From Octopus sinensis (lineage: Eukaryota): DNA of 64,000 bases. Positions 49,113-60,676 of this stretch are shown piece by piece (the stretch's first letter is position 1; each line of letters starts with the position of its first letter). The stretch covers positions 7,130,001-7,194,000 of the forward strand of contig NC_043014.1 in NCBI RefSeq assembly GCF_006345805.1. The letters are read 5' to 3'. The notes under the pieces are model-generated. The model was not told the origin of the DNA. It searched no databases and saw only the letters and a list, made by a program, of their open reading frames with translations. A program made the translations under genes and the position numbers.

Positions 49113-49201
49113 CTAAAATCTTACCAACATGTTCTGCAGTTTTCGAAACCTCTTCCTTTTCTTCCTCCTCCAGACATTTGTGGTCCCAGGAATGCCTGTG
49201 T
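49113..49201 (-). CDS. ZFAND1: ZFAND1 coding exon 5 (89 bp)
   Basis: TAG acceptor and GTAAGT donor, phase 2-1. HRHSWDHKC completes AN1 finger 2. Confidence 0.9.
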
Positions 49202-49417
49202 CTACAAGAAGCACACACACACATATATATACTCTTACTCTTATACACTTACTTGTTTCAGTCATGTGACTGTGGCCATGCTGGAGCACCGCCTTTAGTC
49301 GATCAAATCGACCCCAGGACTTATTCTTTGTAAGCCTAGTACTTATTTTATCGGTCTCTTTTTTTTTGCCGAACCGCTAAGTTACAGGGACATATATATA
49401 CATATATATATTATATA

Positions 49418-49630
49418 GAGGGTACTATTATTCATAGGTACCGCACGCTAGGAGGGACTTTTGCAGTCAAAACTACTTAAATAAACAAATTGTACCAAAT
49501 GCAAAACTTCAAATTCTGTTTTTAAATGATTCGCTTTGAAGTTTTGCATTCGGTACAATTTGTTTATTTAAGTAGTTTTGACTGCAAAAGTCCCTCCTAG
49601 CGTGCGGTACCTATGAATAATAGTACCCTC
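49418..49630. mobile_element. Palindromic MITE with GAGGG..CCCTC termini in TATA (Sola-like or Tc1/mariner-like)
   Basis: Arms of about 95 bp, nearly identical, with a loop of about 20 nt. The superfamily is a guess from the termini. Confidence 0.75.
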
Positions 49631-49758
49631 TATATAATATAAATAAGTATTTTCAAAGTTGAAAAAATTTACAGATTTTTTCTCTTACGAGGTTTTTCAC
49701 GCTAACTACTTGATAATTTCTTATAAAGATTTTATCCTTATTTTTAAATTTATACATA

Positions 49759-50244
49759 TCTATATATATAAAACTGTAGTTGTGTGAGTGTCTGTCCCCT
49801 TCGATTTAGATTCCTAACTACTCCCACATTTTGCGGTGCAGTTTAACCAAATTCGGGTATCTTATAGTAGTGATTCATATCGAGCCCGTCTGGCTATTAG
49901 CGCGCGTCTACGATGAGTCTACGATTTTAAAAATAATTTAACATCATTTTTTATTCCATTTTAATGCATAATTTTTCGTGTGTTGATGGCGGCGGAGTTG
50001 GCGTCCATGGTCACACCTGCACCTGTTTGCTTCTCCCCCTTCTTCCCTCCCTCGTGAAGCTGTGGGGAAGGGAGTGTAAGGAAATCAACATCGTAAAGCG
50101 TTGTCAAGGAGACCAGCGTTCTTTTAGAACAACGACTTCATGGCTTGAAGACACCAAAACAGAAATGGCTAAGAAAGCTTATATAGTTATGCTTATATAG
50201 TTATTTCCCTTACAAACCCGAGCAACGCCGGGCGATACTGCTAG
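49759..50244 (+). mobile_element. Non-autonomous Helitron
   Basis: A|TC 5' end, CTAG|T 3' end, and subterminal hairpin CCCG-AGCAACGC-CGGG at 50217-50232. Confidence 0.8.
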
Positions 50245-50558
50245 TTTCTTATAAAGATTTTATCCTTATTTTAAAATTTATACATATATATACATATATA
50301 TTAAATATAATATAGTTTTCTAATACATGAGGATGTCATGAGTCAAAGTTACCAGGAAAATCTATGGATTTCAACGAGTGCCATAATTTATGGTAAGTAT
50401 TAAACTAGTACTCATTTCATCGAGATCAGCAGTGAAAAATAAAATCAGTGACTATGTGCTCAAACCCAACCAATGCAATCACAGAAGAAAAACTTGAAAT
50501 ACTAACACAGCAAATCAATGCATATACGTCTGCATCTGAGTATGTGAATAAATATATA

Positions 50559-50721
50559 GGCGCAGGAGTAGGTGTGTGGTAAGTAGCTTGCTAACCAACC
50601 ACATGGTTCCATGTTCAGTCCCACTGCATGGCATCTTGATCAAGTGTCTTCTGCTATAGCCTCGGGCTGACCAATGCCTTGTGAGTGGATTTGGTAGACG
50701 GAAACTGAAAGAAGCCTGTCG

Positions 50722-50794
<73 letters not shown>

Positions 50795-50995
50795 TTGTGT
50801 GTCTGTGTTTGTCCCTCTAGCATTGCTTGACAACCGATGCTGGTGTGTTTACGTCCCCGTCACTTAGCGGTTCGGCAAAAGAGACTGATAGAATAAGTAC
50901 TGGGCTTACAAAAGAATAAGTCCCGAGATCGAGTTGCTCGATTAAAGGCAGTGCTCCAGCACGGCCGCAGTCAAATGACTGAAACAAGTAAAAGA
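50559..50995 (+). mobile_element. SINE family S2
   Basis: Same sequence as the other S2 copies. Confidence 0.85.
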
Positions 50996-51304
50996 GAGAA
51001 AAGAAAAGAGAAAGATATAAAAGAAAAGAGTTGGCAAAGGGGCAAACAATTATCTTATGAATTCCATTAGCTTACAGTCGTTTCCACTATAAGATGTGGT
51101 GGACACATAGTTAAGTGTCTGAGTAACACCTTACAGTTTCATCAGAGCCTCAGATATGAAGTGCAACTTATTTGGGAAAACATACATTAAGCATATATAC
51201 AGGAAAGCTTTACCAATGAGAAAGCATTTATGTGGAAGATCGAACCCAAGGCCTTCATACATTTACAAACACAAAATACTATTTTCATCATCAGCACCCA
51301 ATAC

Positions 51305-51730
51305 ACCCACGGAGTGGTTGGCGTTAGGAAGGGCATCCAGCCGTAGAAACATTGCCAGATCAGACTGGGCCTGGCACAGCCTTCTGGCTTCACAGACCCC
51401 AGTTGAACAGTCCAACCCATGTTAGCATGGAAAACGGACGTTAAACGATGATGATGATCGTCATCATCATCATTGTTTAACGTCCGCTTTCCATGCTAGC
51501 ATGGGTTGGATGGTTCAACTGGGGTCTGGGAAGCAAGGAGGCTGCATCAGGCCCAGTCAGATCTGGCAGTGTTTCTACGGCTGGATGCCCTTCCTAACGC
51601 CAACCACTCCGTGAGTGTAGTGGGTGCTTTTTACGTGCCACCTGCACAGGTGCCAGATGAGTCTGGCAAACGGCCACGATCGGATGGTGCTTTTTATGTG
51701 CCACTGGCACGGGGGCCAGGCGATGGCCAG
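51305..51730. mobile_element. Two RTE 3' tails, tail-to-tail, sharing a GAT/CAT tract
   Basis: CGGACGTTAAACGATGATGATGATCGTCATCATCATCATTGTTTAACGTCCG at about 51434-51486. Confidence 0.8.
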
Positions 51731-51825
51731 AAATAGCACTCTCTAAACACAACCTGCTTCAGAATGTAAATTCCACATAGGAGAATCTAATGCTAGAGAT
51801 GGGATATAACGAGCAGGTTACTTAC

Positions 51826-51959
51826 TTTAAACAAACATCAGCTCTGCATTTGTCACAAACAACCACCTCAGTGCCAGCTGCAGTGCACTGCACAACGCTG
51901 CACTTATGAAACAAAGACAGTACATCATCTGAGGCTGGGGGCAGGTCACTGAGATTACA
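51826..51959 (-). CDS. ZFAND1: ZFAND1 coding exon 4 (134 bp)
   Basis: TTTGCAG acceptor and GTAAGT donor, phase 0-2. CSVVQC..CDKCRADVCL is the body of AN1 finger 2. Confidence 0.9.
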
Positions 51960-52000
51960 CTGCAAAGATAAATCAACACATATCTATATATATATTACGT

Positions 52001-52296
52001 TATATAATTAGGGTTCAGTAAAATAATTTACTTTACCACACACCGAACTTTTAGAAATAGCAGCCAAAAAATCTTAGCTATTTCTTCTACTGTAAGAAAA
52101 ATCTCCCAGACAATGTATACTCAAAAATAATTCACGCAGGTATTTTTCCCTCTATACCTGCGTGAATTATTTTTGAGTATACATTGTCTGGGAGATTTTT
52201 CTTATAGTAGAAGAAATAGCTAAGATTTTTTGGCTGCTATTTCTAAAAGTTCGGTGTGTGGTAAAGTAAATTATTTTACTGAACCCTAATTATATA
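52001..52296. mobile_element. Near-perfect 296 bp palindromic foldback (MITE-like)
   Basis: Arms of about 142 bp with one mismatch found, and a 10 nt loop near 52143-52152. Confidence 0.85.
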
Positions 52297-52560
52297 AATG
52301 TAATGTTTTAAATATACCATAAATGGTCTTTTTACATACTGAACACTACTTGGTAAAATTAATTAATAATTAATTAATTTTACCCTTTTATTATTGATAT
52401 ATATATATATATATTATGGAGATGTACTCGCATAGCAAGTAATTTGATCTGAGATCGTGTGCTGAAACGAAAACAATTGCAGCATGGAAGGTGTTTATAA
52501 GCCATTTAAGAAACACCTTTCACGCTACAATTGTTGTATATATATATATATATATATATA

Positions 52561-52788
52561 CCAGAGTAAACACATAAATGTGAAACAAGGTGCATAAAAG
52601 AGTACTCAAATACCAGTGGTAGAGTAATATGCTTTATTTAAAGTAGCAGAAAATTCAACAAAACCTGTTACTCTGAGTTTCGCGTTGCCGTTCATCAGAC
52701 AGTTTTTGCTAGAAAAAACTGTTCGATGAACGGCAACGCGAAACTCAGAGTAACAGGTTTTGTTGAATTTTCTGCTGCTTTAAATAAA

Positions 52789-52790
<2 letters not shown>
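52561..52790. mobile_element. Foldback element with head-to-head hammerhead motifs (family of 29606)
   Basis: Canonical CUGAUGA copy on minus at 52660-52707. Degenerate copy on plus at 52715-52761. Confidence 0.7.
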
Positions 52791-52824
<34 letters not shown>

Positions 52825-52828
<4 letters not shown>

Positions 52829-52975
52829 ATTTCGGAATGGTCATTTTGCCAGTTTAGCCAATAAAAACACACGCACTATATATTTGGTGTTACTTTGCTT
52901 CAGTGTTATTTATTTTTTACATTAATCTTAATCTTATTTCGGCTAAACTGGCAAAATGACCATTCCTAAATACAA
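52825..52975. mobile_element. About 150 bp MITE with about 35 bp TIRs
   Basis: TTGTATTTCGGAATGGTCATTTTGCCAGTTTAGCC and GGCTAAACTGGCAAAATGACCATTCCTAAATACAA. Confidence 0.7.
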
Positions 52976-53029
52976 CAATATCTGTTCCAACACACGATTT
53001 CACGAATATATAAACGTAATACATATATA

Positions 53030-53454
53030 CTCTTTACTCTCTCTTTTACTCTTTTACTTGTTTCAGTCATTTGACTGCGGCCATGCTGGAGCACCGCCTT
53101 TAATCGAGCAACTCGACCCCGGGACTTATTCTTTTTGTAAGCCCAGTACTCATTCTATCGGCCTCTTTTTGCCGAACCGCTAAGTGACGGGGACGTAAAC
53201 ACACCAGCATCGGTTGTCAAGCAATGCTAGGGGAACAAACACAGACACACAAACACACACACATACATATATATATATATACATATACATACGTCGGCCT
53301 TCTTTCAGTTTCCGTCTACCAAATCCACTCACAAGGCATTGGTCGGCCCGGGGCTATGGCAGAAGACACTTGCCCAAGATGCCACGCAGTGGGACTGAAC
53401 CCGGAACCATGTGGTTGGTAAACAAGCTACTTACCACACAGCCACTCCTGCGCC
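53030..53454 (-). mobile_element. SINE family S2
   Basis: Full head to tail on minus. Confidence 0.85.
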
Positions 53455-53477
53455 TATAAAAATTATCTGTCAGAAGT

Positions 53478-53518
<41 letters not shown>

Positions 53519-53598
53519 AAAGAGAGAGAGAGAAAGAGAGAGAGAGCAGTATATATTTACAGGTGTGTATGTATATGTAAAAAATGCATTATATATTT

Positions 53599-53830
53599 AT
53601 TTCTTTATTGCCCACAAGGGGCTAAACACAGAGAGGATAAACAAGGACAGACAAAGGGATTAAGTCGATTACATCGACCCCCAGTGCGAAACTGGTACTT
53701 TTATTTATCGACCCCGAAAGGATGAAAGGCAAAGTCGACCTCGGCGGAATTTGAACTCGGAACGTAACGACAGACGAAATACCGCTAAGAATTCCGCCCG
53801 GCGCGCTAACGTGTCTGCCAGCTCGCCGCC
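53599..53830 (-). mobile_element. SINE family S1 with about 16 bp TSD
   Basis: AAAATGCATTATATAT flanks both sides. Confidence 0.85.
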
Positions 53831-54099
53831 GTAAAATGCATTATATATTGTCATCACTTGTTCCAAGCTGGCATGGGTTGGATGGTTTGACAGGAGCCGG
53901 ATAGATTCCAGTTGTCTGTTGTGGTATGGTTTCTACGGTTGGATGCCCTTCCTAACACCAACCACTTTACAGGGTGTGCTGGATTCCTCTTACGTGCCAC
54001 CAGCATGAGTGCATTTTATGTGGCACCAGCACATGTAAAAGACAAGCTTGTATATATATAGATGATAGCAGAAAGCTATCTTCTCTACTGTAGGCCCAC

Positions 54100-54620
54100 T
54101 CAGAGGACAGGGACCTTAGCAATATATGCCACTTAGCAATCTCACTAATGCTTGTACTATGGAAAAATTATCCAAACTGAGACACAAGCAATAGCAAATC
54201 TCATCTCATCTAGGTCTTCCCAGAGGACACCCCTTTTTTGCATAGGGGTCTCGGTCGCGCATACTATAGGAATTACAGGGCACTGCTCCATGGGGTCCCA
54301 CAGTTTCCATCAAACTAGAAATATTAGGGTCTCATCCATTGTCTTGTATTCAAGATCTTTTGTATGACATCCTGCTAATTCAAAGCCAGGAATCTGATCT
54401 GCCAGGTCCTGCCAAAAACTAAGTCCACGCCCTGCTGCCAATGCTTCAATTTATTGCCATTAACGTTTACTCCTTTAATGGTCAAGGTTTTGTCTGTCTC
54501 CTACCCTTCGACCTGTCTGGCCTGGTAAGACCTACCTGAAGATTTCTCTCCCTCCAGCATAGCTCTCCCGGTCGATGGAGCAGACAGGCCCTTTACCGCA
54601 ACAAGGTACTTATTGAATTG
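54100..54620 (-). mobile_element. Possible highly decayed 5' and endonuclease region of an RTE LINE
   Basis: Weak. ACAGGTCGAAGGGTAG upstream motif and a LWEDLDEM-like peptide. Confidence 0.3.
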
Positions 54621-54876
54621 GCCACTGACTACACAGTAGTTCTTCTGCCCTTTGACGGGTCTTATTTTTCGTTCTGCAGGGTGTTCAACAACCACCCTCC
54701 TCATCAAGCTTCCAGTATTACAAATCGCGCTGACACTAGAGCTAGACACAGTCCTTTGGACCAGTCAGACCCTCCTGACAAGCCATGTAACCATGTCAGC
54801 ATGGAGAAAAGTACGGATGATGTTACTGCTTAATTAAACACAACACAACTACAATAACATGTCAATATTGAAAAAA

Positions 54877-55300
54877 GGCGGTGAACTGGCAGAATCGTTA
54901 GCACGCCAGGCGGAATGCTTAGCGGTATTTCGTCTGCCTTTACGTTCTAAGTTCAAATTCTGCCAAGGTCGATTTTGCCTTTCATCCTTTCGGAGTCGAT
55001 AAATAAAAGTACCAGTTTCGCACTGGGGTCGATGTAATCGACTTAATCCCTTTGTCCGTCCTTGTTTGTCCCCTCTATGTTTATCCCCTTGTGAGTAATA
55101 AAGAGGTAGGTATTTCGTCTGTCGTTACGTTCTGAGTTCAAATTATACCAAGGTCGACTTTGCCTTTCATCCTTTCGGGGTCGATAAATTAAGTACCAGT
55201 TATGCACTGGGGTCGATATAATCGGCTTAATCCGTTTGTCTGTCCTTGTTTGTCCCTTCTATGTTTACCCCCCCACCCCCCACCTGTGGGCAGTAAAGAA
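54877..55300 (+). mobile_element. S1 SINE with duplicated body and tail
   Basis: Junction AAAGAGGTAGGTATTTCG near 55085. Confidence 0.8.
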
Positions 55301-55340
55301 ATAAATATTGAAAATTGATATAAATGAAATAATAACAAAC

Positions 55341-55380
55341 CTTAGTGCAGCCATGAGAATCGGGAAATTTGTGCTCCAAG
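55341..55380 (-). CDS. ZFAND1: ZFAND1 coding exon 3 (40 bp)
   Basis: CCAG acceptor and GTTTGT donor, phase 2-0. (C)LEHKFPDSHGCTK completes AN1 finger 1. Confidence 0.88.
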
Positions 55381-55699
55381 CTGGAATCATATGGAAAGCA
55401 ATTTACCATTAGTGTTCTTGAACTACTCTGGAACTTTTGTAAAGGGCAAGTCAAAAATTGTTTAAATTTTGGCACAACTTGCGCAAGCTGTGTGACGTGA
55501 TGCCAGCGTCTGTCACAATTGTAATTTCACTTGGCTCGATGGGTCCCCTGCTCAAGCACAGCATATTGCCAAAGGTCTTTCGCATTTGCTATTGCCTCTG
55601 TCATTGCCCAACGCTCGAACGGTGCTTTTTTACGTGCCACCAGTGCGGGTGTTAGTTGTGTGACACTGACATCAGCCACATTGCCTTTGTAAGCCCAAC

Positions 55700-55952
55700 A
55701 CTCCAAAAAAATTGGGATATCTCCCCCCCCCCATTAAACAGTGCCATCAAAAAATTGGGATATCTACCCTCATTAAAAAGTGCCATAAAAATTGGGTTAC
55801 CCCCCCATTAAAAATTGGGTTATCTTCCCCCCCATTAAAAAGTGCAATAAAAAATTGGGTCATCTCCCCGCATTAAAAAATTGGGTTTATGTAGCGACAA
55901 GAGACTGAATTAAAAGGGTTAGATCCTTTTGATTCAATACTTCAACACATTG
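55700..55952. repeat. Left arm of an inverted repeat: degenerate 40 bp minisatellite plus 52 bp unique segment
   Basis: Reverse complement of 58441-59415. Confidence 0.8.
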
Positions 55953-56004
55953 ACTTTTTACAAGCCACTAGCACTAGTTATGCAACAACAGTACTATCTG
56001 CATA

Positions 56005-56420
56005 GGCGGTGAGCTGGCAGAAACGTTAGCACACCGGGCGAAATGTGTAGCCGTATTTCATCTGCCGCTACGTTCTGAGTTCAAATTCCGCCGAGGACGA
56101 CTTTGCCTTTCATCCTTCCGGGGTCGATAAATTAAGTACCAGTTACGCACTGGGGTCGATGTAATCAACTTAATCCGTTTGTCTGTCCTTGTTTGTCCTC
56201 TCTGTGTTTAGCTCCTTGTGGGTAGTAAAGAAATAGGTATTTCGTCTGCCATTATGTGCTGAGTTCAAATTCCGCCGAGGTCGACTTTGCCTTTCATCCT
56301 TTCGGGATTCGATAAGTTAAGTACCAGTTACGCACTGGGGTCGATGTAATCGACTTAATCCGTTTGTCTGTCCTTGTTTGTCCTTTCTGTGTTTAGCCCC
56401 TTGTGGGTAGTAAAGAAATA
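56005..56420 (+). mobile_element. S1 SINE with duplicated body and tail
   Basis: Junction AAAGAAATAGGTATTTCG near 56230. Confidence 0.85.
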
Positions 56421-56829
56421 ACTATTATCTGCATTGCCTCCATGGGGCCCAATACTTGAAAGCTGTTTTTTTACATGCCACTGGTATGGGTGCTAGGTCT
56501 AGGTGTATAAGTGTATCTGTCTGTATGTATACATGCAGGAGTATGCTCATGCCTGTGTGTCAGTGTTTCCACCTCTCTGAAAGTCCCAAGCTGCAAGCAG
56601 AAATGAAGCTGGTGCTCCTCATCGCCTTCAAAGATGTGAAATAAGTAATCCGTCACTTGGAAAACAAAGATAAAATTTGTGACAAGGCCTTCAGTAGCCA
56701 AATAACACCACATGGTCCCAGGTTCAATCCCACTGCATAGCACTCAATGAAGGTGTCTTCCACTATAGCCTCAAGCCAACCAAAGTCTTACTAGTGGATT
56801 TGGTAGACGGAAACTGAAAGAAGCCCAAG

Positions 56830-56866
<37 letters not shown>

Positions 56867-57129
56867 ATGTATACACAGACGTGTTTGTCCTTCACCACCG
56901 CTTGACAACCAGTGCTGGTGTATTTACATCCCTATGACATAGCGGTTCACCAAAAAAAAGGACCAACAGAATAAGTACCAGATTTAAAGAACAAAATGTA
57001 CTGGAGTTGATTCATTCAACTAAAATCAATCGGGGTTGTGCCCCAGCATGGCCACAGTCTGATTGAAACAAGATAAAATATGTGTGTGTGGATATTCATT
57101 TTGATATTTCATACATGCTAGTTAGTAAG

Positions 57130-57850
57130 TTAATTTTTGGCTCAAAAAGCAAAAAGCAAGGCCATGTAGGGGGACATGGAGTTATGTACAGGGTGGTGTT
57201 CATGCAAAGAGTTCAGGCCATTTGTGGTCAAGGGAGACTTCGAACCGAGCGGTCGTCGGCATCTTCACTATCTTGTCTGGCAGCTTATTCCACGGATCCG
57301 CAACCCGGACGGAGAAAGCTCCTCTCCTTCGATTGAGATGAAATCGTCACAGATAGAGCTTTTCGGAGTGACCCCGCAGCCGACGCTCTGGAGCAGGAGT
57401 GAAGAACAGCTCTTTCGAGAGGTTACACTTTCCGCTTATGATGTTGTGAGCAAGAATGAGATCACCACGGCGGCGGCGTTTTTCTAGAGAATAAAGGACG
57501 AGCGTCTTCAGCCTTTCTTCATAAGACAAATGCTTGAGACCAAGAACCATGCGGGTAGCCAGCTTCTGGACTCTTTCGAGATGCTGTATGTCTTTGAGGA
57601 GATAAGGAGAAGAGGCTTGAATCCCGTACTCTAATATGGGTCTCACCAGCGTGACATAGAGCGGTAGGAATATGGCTGCTGTGAGCATTCCGAATGACCG
57701 TCGAATCAAGAACAGAACTCCGCGTACTATGTTGGCAGCATGGACGCACTGGGCCGAAGGCGAAAAGGAGGAATCCACCAAGATACCCAGGTCCTTTACC
57801 TGGTCGGTCCTCTCCAGCAGCAGACGACCTGGCTCGAAATCAGGTTGAGT
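57130..57850 (-). mobile_element. CR1-clade LINE 3' fragment
   Basis: KDLGILVD, LYVTLVRPILEY, LERVQKLATRMV, LSYEERL, RRRRGDLI, LRGHSEKL. Confidence 0.9.
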
Positions 57851-58440
57851 TGCAATAACTGGTTTGTGGCAGTGCAGTAAGAAGTTTGCTTCCCAACTGC
57901 ATGGTTCTGGGTTCAATCCCACAGCATGGTGCCTTGGGCACCTCTGCTCCAGCCACAGGCCAACCAAAACTGAGGAAGGGTTCAGAAGACAGAACCAAGC
58001 TCATCGTGTACGTGTGTATGTGTGTACGTGTATGTGTGTGTGTGTCACTGTCTCGTCGCCTTGGCATTGTTTGAGGAGTGTCGCCATAATTCAGTTGGTG
58101 CCCAGCATTTTCATTTCTTATCTTCTGTGAAAACATGTCTGGGAATGAAGAAACATCACCTCGGAAACAGATGAAGGGTTAGTGACAGCAAGGGCACCTG
58201 GCTGTACAAAAAATAAAAAAAAAACCAAATAAATTCTGCCTCAACAAATTCTGTACTTTTTGGTTACCTCACCTCCATTAAAAAAATTTGGGTTGTCTCC
58301 CCCAACTGAAAAAAAAATTGTTTAACCTTCAAAATAAAATTAAAAATTAATAAACATGAAAAGTAAAAAGATTAAACCGTTTAGAATCTAATATTTTCAT
58401 TACAAATCACACCATGACTAATGAGAAGGCCAAAATTCAA

Positions 58441-59415
58441 CAATGTGTTGAAGTATTGAATCAAAAGGATCTAACCCTTTTAATTCAGTTTCTTATAAAC
58501 CCAATTTTTTAATGGCACATTTTTAATGGGGGGAGATATCCCAATTTTTTTATGGCTCTTTGTAATGGTGGGGAGATATCCCAATTTTTTTATGGCACTT
58601 TTTAATGGGGGGGAGATATCCCAATTTTTTTATGGCTCTTTGTAATGGTGGGGAGATATCCCAATTTTTTTATGGCACTTTTTAATGGGGGGGAGATATC
58701 CCAATTTTTTTATGGCTCTTTGTAATGGTGGGGAGATATCCCAATTTTTTTATGGCACTTTTTAATGGGGGGGAGATATCCCAATTTTTTTATGGCTCTT
58801 TGTAATGGTGGGGAGATATCCCAATTTTTTTATGGCACTTTTTAATGGGGGGGAGATATCCCAATTTTTTTATGGCTCTTTGTAATGGTGGGGAGATATC
58901 CCAATTTTTTTATGGCACTTTTTAATGGGGGGGAGATATCCCAATTTTTTTATGGCTCTTTGTAATGGTGGGGAGATATCCCAATTTTTTTATGGCACTT
59001 TTTAATGGGGGGGAGATATCCCAATTTTTTTATGGCTCTTTGTAATGGTGGGGAGATATCCCAATTTTTTTATGGCACTTTTTAATGGGGGGGAGATATC
59101 CCAATTTTTTGCTGGCTCTTTGTAATGGGGAGATAACCCAATTTTTTTATGGCACTTTTAATGGGGGAGATAACCCAATTTTTTATGGCACTTTTTAATT
59201 GGGGGGTATCCCAATTTTTTATGGCACTTTTTAATGGGTGGATATCCCAATTTTTAATGGGGGGAGATATCCCAATTTTTATAGCACTTTTTAATGGGGG
59301 GAGATAACCCAATTTTTTATGGCACTTTTTAATGGGGGGAGATAACCCAATTTTTTGACGCCACTTTTTAATGGGGGAGATAACCCAATTTTTTCATGGC
59401 ACTTTTTAATTGGGG
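58441..59415. repeat. Right arm: 52 bp unique segment plus 40 bp minisatellite (about 23 units, alternating A/B 80 bp dimer)
   Basis: GCTCTTTGTAATGGTG and GCACTTTTTAATGGGG variants alternate strictly from 58535 to about 59100. Confidence 0.92.
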
Positions 59416-59492
59416 TTAGATAAACAAAAAGTACTGAAAAGTTGATGTTAAAACGATGATAGCAATAGCCAAAAAAGTGAGTTGTTACTTAC

Positions 59493-59535
59493 CAGTAAAC
59501 CTTAGAACAATAGGAGCACTCAAATGGCAGGAAGT
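59493..59535 (-). CDS. ZFAND1: ZFAND1 coding exon 2 (43 bp)
   Basis: Pyrimidine tract with CAG acceptor and GTAAGT donor, phase 1-2. (D)FLPFECSYCSKVY(C) is the AN1 finger 1 motif. Confidence 0.9.
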
Positions 59536-60676
59536 CTGAGAGAGAGAAGGGAGGAAAAAAATCATAGTTGAGAGAGATACTGTCTACAATTCTATAGATA
59601 CTTTCTACAACAGACACAGGCTTCTGCCTGGGCAGCCCCTGTCAAACCGTCCAACCCATGCCAGCACAGAAGGAAGACTTTAAAACGATTATGAAGATGA
59701 ATAGGATACCCTTTCTGTCTCTCATTCTCTCACTACAAAGCAAGATGTTTCCCTATGACCAGGCATGTTTTCATGGAAGATTGCAAACAAAGGGCAACAC
59801 TTGTACTCGTGCATATCCTGACTGTGTGGTTTACAAGCTTGCTTCTTAATGATGTGGTCTAGAGTTCAGTCACGCTGTGCGGTACTTAGTGCGAATGTCT
59901 TCTACTATTGCTCCAAACCAATCAAAGCCTTGTGAGTATTGATGTGCCTGAAACTTAGCAGTTCAGCAAAAGTGATTGATAACGTGAGTACTAGGCATAA
60001 AAGAATTAGTTGATTCATTCTTCAAGGCTGTGCCCCCAGCATGGCCACGTAAACATACGAACACTTGTTGTCAAGCAGTGATAGGAGACAAGCAAAAAAT
60101 TTCTGCAAATTCCAAAATACGAAATAGTTATGAGGGCTTGAAGCAGAATTCAGCGAAGGTAAAGAATACGTACACCCAGTGGTTAGAGTTAGGGGTTTTG
60201 TTACGTCGAAAACCGGTGGTGCATGTATTCTTTACCTCCGTCCAGAATTCTACCCATTGTCAGTGACAAACAGACGAGGGTGGGAGGGGCGTGAGATGTG
60301 CTATAAGTAATAGCTAAATAACCCATAGCCCATAAAACGCTGGGATTTGCACTTACATGGCATGGACCGCTGAGCACATTTTATGAAGATGAGACTACCA
60401 TGCACACATAAGAAACAAAACAAAAATAGTTAAAATATCTTCTTAGTATATAATGGTGGAAAGTTTCACATCATCTGAAAAGTTATAAGTTGAACTATGA
60501 GTCCTCTTGCAGTCTGCGGAGTATTGGGGCGTCTGAGTGACACTAGACCCTAAACAAACACCCATAAATTAAATGCATCTATCTGGGCCTCGATGGTGGC
60601 CCATCGCGGTTAATGTGTTAAATCACACATAAAATTTTCTTGCCTTTGCGCAATCGTATGAATTCTTGGAGTCATA

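Noticed and set aside
56471-56743. Minus ORF with an acceptor-like CAAG as an extra exon
   Set aside because: No ZFAND1 similarity, and exons 2 and 3 already join in frame.
60229-60250. Candidate ZFAND1 first exon (MGRILDG + GTAAAG)
   Set aside because: The phase fits, but it lacks the first two cysteines of AN1 finger 1 and the donor lies in a small inverted repeat. The true exon is probably outside the window or was missed.
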